Below, piece after piece: positions 7,442 to 15,684 of a DNA stretch of 20,000 nt. The DNA is from an uncultured virus (IMG/VR IMGVR_UViG_3300015615_000373) (Duplodnaviria > Heunggongvirae > Uroviricota > Caudoviricetes), in the IMG/VR virus record IMGVR_UViG_3300015615_000373, positions 49,065 through 69,064 of that record. One strand, given 5' to 3'. Numbering within the stretch: the first letter of the stretch is position 1; each line of letters begins with the position of its first letter. The notes under the pieces are model-generated. The model saw only the letters and a list, made by a program, of their open reading frames with translations. It did not search any database and was not told the DNA's origin. Position numbers and translations under genes: made by a program.

Positions 7442-9327
7442 AGTCCTTTTGTTTTTCCAAGATGTAACGAACCGAACGCGCGGCGGCGTTGCGGCGGCGT
7501 CATTGATTCACTCCAAACCGCCATTGACATAGCGACCGCGCCGTCGATTGCCCGAACCGCCGCTTTCGGCTTAACGATGCGAAGTCCGGTATCAAGTTCT
7601 TCGCCCTTTTTGCCTTTCAGCAAGCGGTTTTGATGCTGTGCTTTTGCGGCGTCTAAGTGACTGTGCAAGGTTTCGTCGGTCGGTACGTCGATTTGATAGC
7701 TTTTGAATACCCGATGCAAGAACGTGTCGGCTTTGATGCGTTCGTTCCCTTGCTGAAATTCCTTGATTAACAGCTTGTGTTTCTTCCGCAAATTGACGGC
7801 TACTTGGTGCATCTGCGTCGGGTCGTAGAAGACCGCTATCGGTATCAGGAAAGCGTTTTCTTTGATAAGTGCGGATTCCTTGCCGTCGGGTTCCCGTCGC
7901 TTAATCAGTCCGGCTTTCCACAACCGGACAATTTCGTCGCCTACCAAATTATCAAGGTCGAAGTCGTCGCCGGTCGGCGCGTACGCTTTGAAGTACGGGA
8001 CGCGGAACCGAACGTCGCCGCCGGTTGCTTCGGTCATATCCGCCGCCGGTAACGTCGGGTCGAATTCGGAATAGCAACCGACCAAAGCCGTCGAGTCAAT
8101 CCGACCTTGCGACGCGTCGACGGCAAGTGTCATTTTCTTAGCGGCGGGGACGCGGCGGGGAATTCCTTCGAAGACGGATAGCCCGTCGCTTGTCAAGTCC
8201 CGCCCGCGAAGTTCGGCGGTTGCCAACATATCGGCGGTAATGAACTTGGTATCGGTCTTCTGCCAACGGTTATGCACAAGTCGCATAATGTCGGCTTCCG
8301 TCATACCGACCGTAACCGACGCGTAGTATTCCGGCGTCTGCCAGTCGAACCGATGTTCGTGGTCGACGAATAGGAACATTGATTCTTTGGGTACGCGGTA
8401 ACAGCACGGTATCTGATTCCCGAACGCGTCGGTCGTCGTAATGTCCGCAAGTTCCGGTACGGGTTCCGCGCCCGCTTGTAATTCCGATTCGGTCGTATCG
8501 GTGAAGACGTTAAGCCACAGGCTCAAGAGTTGTTCGGACGTATCTTCGTACCCGACGTAGGTTTCTACCCATCGAATCGAGTTCAACTTCGTCGGAACCG
8601 GCATCGTTTCCGCCCAAAGTGTCTTTGCCCGTTCGCCGTCCCACCCCCACAATTCCGAGATAAAGACAGCGCCGTAGTTGGCGCCCGCTTCTGCCTTCGG
8701 GGAATTGGTAATCGCTTCGACGACGGTTCCGTTCTTGAGAATGATTTTGTTACCGGCGATACGGGCGCCGTTAAGTTTGAGCGTCGGCGCCATTGAATTG
8801 AAGATACGTCCGATTGATTGTCCCTGTGTGTTGGCGGCGACAAGTATCAAGTTCGGCGGTTCGACGTATTCCGCAATCCAACACCCGCCAAAAGCGGCAT
8901 TGCCGGTCTTACCGGATTTCTTCGGCGCCGACCATATCACGGTACGGTACGGGAAGCGACCGGTCTTCGGGTCGGGCGTTAGAACGTGGGTCAATATGCG
9001 GGCTTGGAACGGTGCAAGGGTAATACCTGTGGCGTTCGAGTAATCCCAAGTCTGTACGTTGACCGTATCGGGGTTGACAACGGTGTTCTGAATGTAGTCT
9101 GTGACCGACGGGGTATGTATTGCACGGTCGACGTTTCGAATGATGCGGGCTTGCCGTACGGCTTCGGCTTCGGCGATTGCCGTATCGTAGTACGCCGACA
9201 AGTCCGACGGCGTGATAGGCGGCGCGGCGGGCGGTCGCAATTCGATAACCGGCGATTTACGCGACGGGCGGCGCGGCGTCCCACTGAATCCGTCCGTCAA
9301 CTTTGCGATTGTCTTACCTAGTACCAT
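7438..9327 (-). CDS. terL: terminase large subunit
   Basis: LAPFQ adenine-binding motif, APKKSGKT Walker A, AANTQGQS, FISELWG Walker-B-like, nuclease motifs LAVDAS..DSTAL, YDP.Q and IDGAVA. Confidence 0.9.
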   Translation of the reverse strand: MVLGKTIAKLTDGFSGTPRRPSRKSPVIELRPPAAPPITPSDLSAYYDTAIAEAEAVRQARIIRNVDRAIHTPSVTDYIQNTVVNPDTVNVQTWDYSNATGITLAPFQARILTHVLTPDPKTGRFPYRTVIWSAPKKSGKTGNAAFGGCWIAEYVEPPNLILVAANTQGQSIGRIFNSMAPTLKLNGARIAGNKIILKNGTVVEAITNSPKAEAGANYGAVFISELWGWDGERAKTLWAETMPVPTKLNSIRWVETYVGYEDTSEQLLSLWLNVFTDTTESELQAGAEPVPELADITTTDAFGNQIPCCYRVPKESMFLFVDHEHRFDWQTPEYYASVTVGMTEADIMRLVHNRWQKTDTKFITADMLATAELRGRDLTSDGLSVFEGIPRRVPAAKKMTLAVDASQGRIDSTALVGCYSEFDPTLPAADMTEATGGDVRFRVPYFKAYAPTGDDFDLDNLVGDEIVRLWKAGLIKRREPDGKESALIKENAFLIPIAVFYDPTQMHQVAVNLRKKHKLLIKEFQQGNERIKADTFLHRVFKSYQIDVPTDETLHSHLDAAKAQHQNRLLKGKKGEELDTGLRIVKPKAAVRAIDGAVAMSMAVWSESMTPPQRRRAFGSLHLGKTKGL

Positions 9328-9373
9328 TTATTTCAAGTCGTATGAGCGTATGCGGCGTCGCTAACGACGTTTC

Positions 9374-9748
9374 TTACCGGAACGCGGGGATTTCCCCGTT
9401 TCGGAAGTCGACGCCTAATAGACGGGCTTCTTCGCTGAATACCGACGCGACCGGTCGGGGACGTAAAGCGCGGACGCGTTCAACGATTTCTTCCATTGTG
9501 AAAACTTTGCGTTTACCAAGATGTTCAATCAAACCGTGACAGTTCGAGCAAGCTACGATAACGGCTTCGAGGTCTTCTAACGTGTACCAATCTACCCGCT
9601 TCTTCGAGTGAGCGAACGCGGCGGTGAAAGCGAACCGGCATATTGTCGGGAACCTCAGTTCACAGGATACGATGCCGACGGCTTCGAATTCAACTGTTAC
9701 TTTTGGTCGTACTATTCTGTCCCAATCCGGTAGTTCCTTGTTTGCCAT
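9374..9748 (-). CDS. HNH-like (YbcO/DUF968-type) Zn nuclease
   Basis: CE....C....AH....ACSNCH pattern; adjacent to terL. Confidence 0.7.
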   Translation of the reverse strand: MANKELPDWDRIVRPKVTVEFEAVGIVSCELRFPTICRFAFTAAFAHSKKRVDWYTLEDLEAVIVACSNCHGLIEHLGKRKVFTMEEIVERVRALRPRPVASVFSEEARLLGVDFRNGEIPAFR

Positions 9749-9965
9749 TTCTGAATTGTCCTTCCTTTAATTGCTTCCACAGTCGACGAACCTTTTTCGG
9801 GGTCGCACCTTTAATCGCGTCGGCGAACGCTTTGCAGAACGCTTCGGTTTCCGCGTCCGACCACGCCGCCGCCGCGTAACCCCAAGTGCATAGCGTTTCC
9901 CGCATAGCGGCAAGTCCGATACGTTTCCGGCGGGCATTGTCCCAAGCTATCAATCTCTTAAACAT
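9690..9965 (-). CDS. hypothetical protein
   Basis: Start ATG 9965 after GAGGA. Confidence 0.55.
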   Translation of the reverse strand: MFKRLIAWDNARRKRIGLAAMRETLCTWGYAAAAWSDAETEAFCKAFADAIKGATPKKVRRLWKQLKEGQFRNGKQGTTGLGQNSTTKSNS

Positions 9966-10272
9966 CGTTGTCTTCCTCAAGTTCGCAATCAGCGCAGATA
10001 GTCCCGCGACCGGCGGACATACAACACGCGGTCGAACCGTCGACGCCGCAACGGGGACAGGTCAATAGGTCGTCGCGTTCGGGGTTGAATTCACTACCGC
10101 ACATCGGGCAATTATCTTTTGGCATAGGGCTGTCGTCGTGTTTCGGGACAATTTTCTTTGCGGCTTTGTATTCGTACCGTTTCCCCTTGCGGGTCGCCGC
10201 CCGATACTTTTCGACCGTCTTGAAGTTGGATTCGGGTTTGCCTTTAAAGACAGGGTGCAAGGTTCGCTTCAT
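9958..10272 (-). CDS. basic Zn-ribbon protein
   Basis: CPMC, CPRC, CC, CADC; TAATG overlap with the terS stop. Confidence 0.7.
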   Translation of the reverse strand: MKRTLHPVFKGKPESNFKTVEKYRAATRKGKRYEYKAAKKIVPKHDDSPMPKDNCPMCGSEFNPERDDLLTCPRCGVDGSTACCMSAGRGTICADCELEEDNDV

Positions 10273-11090
10273 TACGCCGCCGCCCTTCCCGTTTCGTCTA
10301 TCGGTTCGCCGCGAATGATAGCGTCTTTTGCTTCCCGACATCGGGCAATGTATGAATCGAGTTCGTCGGCGGACATTTCTTCAAGCGGCTTGTCCGGCGC
10401 CGGAACGTCGCGGTCGATTTCACCGGTCGACGCATAGCGGTCTTGTTCGCGGGCGTACTGTGCAAGTATCAGTCCGGCTTCGGAAAACTTCGGCGCGTCG
10501 GATACCGAAAACCGCGACGGCTTCAATATCGTTACGTTGACCATCAGCGGCTTTCCGTCCTTATCGAACATCTGTCGACCGTCGGCGTCGAACGCGAGTT
10601 CGCCCTTCGTCTGCGATTGAACAACATTCAATTTCAGAATCGCTTCTGCCTTGTCAAATAGTTGGTCGGCGATACGCCGCGTCCGTTCGATGTTCTTAAT
10701 GTGCCAAGCGGCATAGTCGAACGCTTGTTCGGTCGCCGTCGATTCTGCGACTTTCGCGACCGTCTTGGCGACGCCTTTATCCGCCGCTATCCGCAACGTT
10801 TCGAGATACGCCGCCCGCCGCGCTTTCCAATTAAACTTACTCGCAAGGGTGTCGATACGTCGCCCGCTCTTTAACTCGAATTTCGCGCGAACGCGTTCCC
10901 GCAAATCCTTAACGTCCGCCGGTAGGTCGCGGTACGCTTGGAACATTGCATAAGCCCTTGGGGTTTCGTCTGCTCTCTTATGCCATATTTCGGCGGGTTC
11001 GGATATAGGCGGGGACGCCGACCGCGTACGCTTTGCGGGCGGCGCCGGTGTGTGTAGGGATTGCAGAAATTGTTTCGGGTCGAATGTCAT
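10272..11090 (-). CDS. terS: terminase small subunit
   Basis: W.K...ET..AY..F..YRDL...W..R..AY N-terminal HTH pattern of TerS; C-terminal LEEMSADELD; start ATG 11090. Confidence 0.75.
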   Translation of the reverse strand: MTFDPKQFLQSLHTPAPPAKRTRSASPPISEPAEIWHKRADETPRAYAMFQAYRDLPADVKDLRERVRAKFELKSGRRIDTLASKFNWKARRAAYLETLRIAADKGVAKTVAKVAESTATEQAFDYAAWHIKNIERTRRIADQLFDKAEAILKLNVVQSQTKGELAFDADGRQMFDKDGKPLMVNVTILKPSRFSVSDAPKFSEAGLILAQYAREQDRYASTGEIDRDVPAPDKPLEEMSADELDSYIARCREAKDAIIRGEPIDETGRAAA

Positions 11091-11398
11091 TTTCTCTTTA
11101 GCCACAGGTGATAAGTGCAATAAATGAAGACGGCGTGACAGAACGCTTGTCCGGCAATGGCAAGGTAATTCAATTTGCCGCCGGTACGCCAATCAAGGAC
11201 GGTTATAGCTATCAGGATAACGACGGTCGCGGTCGACAAGAGTAAAGCAATCCATAGTGCCGTACGGCGATGTACGGTTAAAAGGCATTTCTTTTCGGTT
11301 CCGTCCGGTAAAGTATAAGTGTAATCGACAATGTGTTCACAGTCGACGGAATAATATCGGTTCCCACAGATTGAGCATCGAACACGTTCTTTTAGCAT
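11087..11398 (-). CDS. two-TM membrane protein with N-terminal CxxC (holin-like topology, unproven)
   Basis: Two hydrophobic segments, basic C-terminus KRK. Confidence 0.6.
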   Translation of the reverse strand: MLKERVRCSICGNRYYSVDCEHIVDYTYTLPDGTEKKCLLTVHRRTALWIALLLSTATVVILIAITVLDWRTGGKLNYLAIAGQAFCHAVFIYCTYHLWLKRK

Positions 11399-11399
11399 A

Positions 11400-11630
11400 T
11401 TAGTTTAGCGATGCGAGAATTATGTCTAGCATCTTGTAATTCAATTGGAAAAACAGGTGACACTTTGCAAGGGTTCCGCATTCAATACGCAATTTGCAGT
11501 TTTCGTCTTTCATCGCTTCTGCCTTCGTGTGATAGAACGCGAGTTGCGAACCTTTGGATTTCCCGTCGCGGCAAACACATATAGCGATGTCGTCAAGGTC
11601 GAATTCGATTGTCAGTTGTTCGTTGTCCAT
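11400..11630 (-). CDS. hypothetical protein
   Basis: Fills the gap between coupled minus-strand genes. Confidence 0.6.
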   Translation of the reverse strand: MDNEQLTIEFDLDDIAICVCRDGKSKGSQLAFYHTKAEAMKDENCKLRIECGTLAKCHLFFQLNYKMLDIILASLN

Positions 11631-12166
11631 ATTACCGGCTTCGTATCATCAGGCAAATAAAGCGGGTGATACGGTTCCACTTTCCCCATTTTAAGATAGT
11701 GCAATTGAACCCGCGATTGTAACAACATTCGGCGGACGTATTCCGACCGGCGGCGTATGTTTGCGTGTTGGCTCCAAGCGGCGACGACAATAGTGGCGCT
11801 TTCAGCGATGCGGCGTATATGACGGTTGTTTTCGTCGCCTTCGGGGTTTGATACCAAAGTAAGTATTTTCGGGTCGGTAGAGCGATAGGCGAAAATGTTT
11901 GTAATACAGACCGAATTGTAGCCCCACGCGTATGCGAACTTGGTTATCTTCCGAATAGTCGGGTCGTCTTGAGTGTCGGACGCGACCGACGGATTCAGAC
12001 AGATAAAGTTGACGTAACCGGACGGCTTCGGCTTTGCCGGTCGAAAGTCGGCGGCGGCGACACTTAACAACGGTTCCGCCCGCGTACGCCATAGCGTATA
12101 GCGATAGATTTCGTCGTCGGAAAAAACGGCGGGCGGATAAGAGATTGTGCCGGTCGGGATTTTCAT
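11612..12166 (-). CDS. DUF1643 domain protein
   Basis: YRY.LWR, FI.LNPS.A....DDPTIR, N.FAYRSTDP, AAW and HPLY motifs. Confidence 0.9.
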   Translation of the reverse strand: MKIPTGTISYPPAVFSDDEIYRYTLWRTRAEPLLSVAAADFRPAKPKPSGYVNFICLNPSVASDTQDDPTIRKITKFAYAWGYNSVCITNIFAYRSTDPKILTLVSNPEGDENNRHIRRIAESATIVVAAWSQHANIRRRSEYVRRMLLQSRVQLHYLKMGKVEPYHPLYLPDDTKPVIWTTNN

Positions 12167-12167
12167 A

Positions 12168-12719
12168 TCAGAATAACGGATGAAACGTCGTAGGCGAATG
12201 TATCCGCGTACGGTTGTATTCAGGAAGGTTGCTGAATTTCAAAATCGGATGCTCTCTTTCGAACCCCGCGACATCTGCCAAGAAGTTCAGATTGTCGTCG
12301 TTGTAATCGGGCAAAATGATAACGTGGTAGTCACCGCGATTTTCGAGATATTGACCGGAAACGTGAAGATAACCGTTGTAGTCGACCGGCGTGTTTTCGT
12401 ACTCCGTCCCCTTGCTTGGGATTTTGTAGTAGTAAGCGCCGTTGGCACCTTTGACAGTGTTCCCGAATACGACGACGGCGTAAGTATTCAGAAGCAACGG
12501 ATTGTAGCCCTTTGCTTTAGCCCGAACCGCCGCTTCATTCATTCCGCGTTCTATCGCGGCGATTTCGACCGGCGATACGTTGGCATCTTTTTCTACCCAA
12601 AGGTTCAGTCCGCTTGGTAGAACCCGCTTTTCAGTATCCTTCACGCGGTCGGCGACGGATTTTTCGGGACAGGCGGTAAACAGCAAAGCAAAACATAAAA
12701 TTAGCAATAGTCTTTTCAT
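12168..12719 (-). CDS. lipoprotein
   Basis: MKR + hydrophobic core + lipobox FTAC. Confidence 0.8.
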   Translation of the reverse strand: MKRLLLILCFALLFTACPEKSVADRVKDTEKRVLPSGLNLWVEKDANVSPVEIAAIERGMNEAAVRAKAKGYNPLLLNTYAVVVFGNTVKGANGAYYYKIPSKGTEYENTPVDYNGYLHVSGQYLENRGDYHVIILPDYNDDNLNFLADVAGFEREHPILKFSNLPEYNRTRIHSPTTFHPLF

Positions 12720-12725
12720 AGTGAT

Positions 12726-13106
12726 TTACTCCATTAAGTCGGTCAGGTCGCGATTCATTACGATTTTCGCGCCGTTGTCAATTCGATACAAAGCGGTGAA
12801 GCCAAGCGATTCGTAAAGCGCTTGAGCGTTGGCGTTGTCCTTATGGACAAATAGGTCGACGGATTTGTTACCGGCGGCGGCGGCGGCGGATAAAATCTTT
12901 TTGATTAAGTACCGCCCGACGCCGCGTCGACGGCATTTCTCATCTACCCAAAGAATGTGAATATGCGGTCGTACGTCTTCGCCGGTTCCCCAAGGGTCGA
13001 CCTTTGCGATTCCTACGATGCGGTCGTTATGAGTCGCAAAGAATTGTTCCGATTGTATGCCGTCGGTCGGTATTGACAGCGTTACAGTTTGTAAGTGCAG
13101 ATTCAT
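12726..13106 (-). CDS. GNAT N-acetyltransferase
   Basis: LWV...RRRGVG..L acetyl-CoA motif A, V...N..A..LYESLGF; start ATG 13106 (ATGA overlap). Confidence 0.9.
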   Translation of the reverse strand: MNLHLQTVTLSIPTDGIQSEQFFATHNDRIVGIAKVDPWGTGEDVRPHIHILWVDEKCRRRGVGRYLIKKILSAAAAAGNKSVDLFVHKDNANAQALYESLGFTALYRIDNGAKIVMNRDLTDLME

Positions 13107-13795
13107 TTGTCGTTCTTTTCCCTTTCCTGTTTTTCTATCAGAATTTGGTTCTTCGTTACCCAAGACTGTTTATATTCAACGTCTTCGAATAACTTGCTAA
13201 AGCCGGTGATATGTTTCAACCGTAAAAGTTCTTCAGGTTCCATACCGAGTTCGTTGCAAATGCCTTCGTCAGTCCAACCGTTGTCAAGCATTTCGTAGAC
13301 CATATTCGCCATACCGTCGACGGAGTGTTTGCCCCTTGCCCGATTGTGCCGGACGGTCGACGCCATACGGTCGTTAATATCCTTTTCGATATGAACAACC
13401 GGCAAATGCCCCTGAACTTTAATTGCGATGTCGACGAAGTTGGTTCCGACGAAGTACCGGTGAAATCCATCAACGATAACTGATTTTTCGCGTTCCGTAT
13501 CGCGGACGCTAACGACGGGTTGAGTATAGCCGTCGTGGTCGATTGACGTATGCAACAGCTTCATTTCAGTTCGGGCGACCGAATTCGGGTTGTAGTCGTT
13601 CGGTTCTACGTCGCCGGACGGCAACCATAACACAAGGTCGACCGGTTCGTTCTTGAACGGCGATATTTCGTGATGTATCCAAGTCCGTAGCATATTGACG
13701 AATTCTATGCGGTCGGGTGCGACGGCGGCGGCGGCGTTAATCGCGTCGACCATCGCAAGATTCAATTCGTTTTGCACGAAAATATTCATTGTCAT
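13103..13795 (-). CDS. ibrB: IbrB/YbdM-like ParB/Srx domain protein
   Basis: PVD.V.W, NDYNPN.VA, SI..DGYTQPVV, IVDGFHRY, MASTVRHNRARGKH; start 13795 (TAATG overlap). Confidence 0.9.
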   Translation of the reverse strand: MTMNIFVQNELNLAMVDAINAAAAVAPDRIEFVNMLRTWIHHEISPFKNEPVDLVLWLPSGDVEPNDYNPNSVARTEMKLLHTSIDHDGYTQPVVSVRDTEREKSVIVDGFHRYFVGTNFVDIAIKVQGHLPVVHIEKDINDRMASTVRHNRARGKHSVDGMANMVYEMLDNGWTDEGICNELGMEPEELLRLKHITGFSKLFEDVEYKQSWVTKNQILIEKQEREKNDK

Positions 13796-15033
13796 TACGG
13801 CTTGCTCCCTTCGTTTTCCGGTCGGCGTCCCCGCCGAATATCCATCTGAATAAACTTGTTTTTTTCTATGCGGTTCGGTTGTACGCGGCGCCCGCGCCAC
13901 CATTTTTTCCAAGTTACGATTTCCGGCGATACTTCCCAATTGGTCAACTTGACGAAATAAATGTCGTTCGACAAGACGACGGAAATCATTTGCCGATACA
14001 TCTTGTCAAGGTCGGGAAAGTTTTCGAACTTTTCGTCCATCGCCGCAAACTTCTTTTGAATTGCCGACCGGTTCGTCGGGTCGGTGATAAGTTTTTCGGT
14101 CAGGAAGTCGCGGTACTCTTTCCAAGATACGAACATCGGCGGTAAGACCTTCGGAATGAACCAATCTTTTGCCTGTAATTGACCGGCGGAATTGACGCCC
14201 TGCAAGCGTTCGGTTAGCTTGCTCCACGTTGCGCCGTCGATTTCCTGCGCGTGGAACGTGTGTCGAACGGCGGTCGCGTGATGCAACGATGATACCCGCA
14301 TATCATTGATGTTGTAGCCGTGTTGGTACATTACGTCGTAGACTTTGCAATAGTCCCACCCGTTCGAGTGAATCGCCTTCCAAATATCGGTATAACTCCA
14401 ATCGTACAGCGGGTAGAAACCGTACTGTTCGAGCGACCGCGTTTGTATCCGTCCCCAAGTAACGGCTTTGTACGTCGCGGCGGCGGTCAAACCCGAAAAG
14501 CGACCTGGGCTTTCTTCTGCGCGGATACCGGCAAGCAAAGCGGTTTTCGGCGGATAATCCTTCGCTAACATCGCGGTAAACAAAGCGTGAAATTCGTTAG
14601 TGCCGTAAACGTTTTCTTGAATAGCGTCCGGTTCTTTCGGTCGCATCCATTCCCGACCGGCTTCCCAAGTTGTGATGTGACTTTCGGTCGCCGACGTTGC
14701 GTTTTCGATTAAGAATTCAACTTGGAACCAACGGAAGTCTATACGCGGGTCGGCTTTTATGCGGCGGGCGTAGTCGACGACAAGTTGCCATTCGGCTTCT
14801 TGGTCGAACCAAAATACCGGCAACGGTAAGCGACCGCGTTCTTCCGCAACTTTCAAGGCAAGATTCAGGATAACGGTAGAATCCTTGCCGCCGGAAAACG
14901 CGATGGTAATATTCGGGAATTCGTCGAAGATATACCGTATGCGGTCAAGCGCCGCGTCGTAGACGTTTTGCTTTTTATAGATTCTCAACATCGCCCGCCG
15001 CCCTTCAAATGCCGTAACGTGAATAGCTATCAT
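13795..15033 (-). CDS. ibrA: IbrA/YbdN-like PAPS-reductase-fold PP-loop protein (DUF3440 type)
   Basis: NVYDAA..RI, FSGGKDS, D.EAE, GIRAEES..R, YPLYDW...DIW, MRVS; start may be 14991. Confidence 0.9.
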   Translation of the reverse strand: MIAIHVTAFEGRRAMLRIYKKQNVYDAALDRIRYIFDEFPNITIAFSGGKDSTVILNLALKVAEERGRLPLPVFWFDQEAEWQLVVDYARRIKADPRIDFRWFQVEFLIENATSATESHITTWEAGREWMRPKEPDAIQENVYGTNEFHALFTAMLAKDYPPKTALLAGIRAEESPGRFSGLTAAATYKAVTWGRIQTRSLEQYGFYPLYDWSYTDIWKAIHSNGWDYCKVYDVMYQHGYNINDMRVSSLHHATAVRHTFHAQEIDGATWSKLTERLQGVNSAGQLQAKDWFIPKVLPPMFVSWKEYRDFLTEKLITDPTNRSAIQKKFAAMDEKFENFPDLDKMYRQMISVVLSNDIYFVKLTNWEVSPEIVTWKKWWRGRRVQPNRIEKNKFIQMDIRRGRRPENEGSKP

Positions 15034-15410
15034 TTATACCCGTTTACCGGTCGGTTCCATTTGTACCCGAGTTCTTCGACCATACGTTCAAGTTCGTCGT
15101 CGTCGTCGAGCGTCCGGTTGATTAGTAGAAAGCCGTCGATTTGTTCGTCGGTTGCTTTGCTATCAGCAAGCCAATACCGGTAGCCGCCCGCGCGGAATAT
15201 CGGATAGGTCGTTCTGTAAAATTGGTAAGTGTCGCCGCCGTTGTGCCATATCCAACGGCTAACGTCGATAAACAGTTTTGAGTCGCCGGACGTTTTGATG
15301 TGCGACCACCAATGCGGCGCTTTCGTCGCGTAAGTTTTGGCGAATGTCCACTTGTAGGATTCTAAGATTTTTTGGATTTCTTCGGGCGATAATTCTCTAG
15401 TTGGTAGCAT
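15030..15410 (-). CDS. conserved 'WTFAKT...PH' protein accompanying IbrAB-type clusters
   Basis: WTFAKTYA..APHW, Y.YW and LINR motifs; SD AAGGA; coupled to ibrA. Confidence 0.75.
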   Translation of the reverse strand: MLPTRELSPEEIQKILESYKWTFAKTYATKAPHWWSHIKTSGDSKLFIDVSRWIWHNGGDTYQFYRTTYPIFRAGGYRYWLADSKATDEQIDGFLLINRTLDDDDELERMVEELGYKWNRPVNGYK

Positions 15411-15435
15411 ATTTGTCGGTTTTTTCCTTATTTTT

Positions 15436-15638
15436 TCAAAACGCGTCAGAACGGGTTATTTGGACAAATAGACGGGAATTCCAAAAGCGAATATAACCCC
15501 CGCCGCCGTCTTACGAAAACGCGTTAAACGCGACCGTAGAATACGGGTTCCGACGCAATAGACGCCGCCCTACGGGTTTTCGTTTGAAATCCGTACCGAA
15601 CCCGCCGTTAGGCGGGGCGTGGCACGGTATTTGTCCGG
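15436..15638. repeat. 203-bp dispersed element, copy B
   Basis: Gap-free alignment to 3747-3949. Confidence 0.9.
15620..15634 (+). promoter_or_regulatory. sigma54-like -24/-12 box
   Basis: TGGCAC-GGTAT-TTGT. Confidence 0.45.
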
Positions 15639-15684
15639 TGATTTAATTTTCAAAGATTTGCCGATTTTGCCAAGTTTGTATTCG

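Noticed and set aside
13103..15033. A canonical Dnd/Ssp phosphorothioation system or sulfur-assimilation AMG
   Set aside because: No cysteine desulfurase, DndD/DndE or SspB/SspC, and the PP-loop protein lacks the cluster cysteines.
3747..15638. The 203-bp repeats as attL/attR, a CRISPR array or a DGR template/variable pair
   Set aside because: No integrase, cas or reverse transcriptase in the window; only two long copies; differences are not adenine-specific; the enclosed DNA has the same composition as its flanks.
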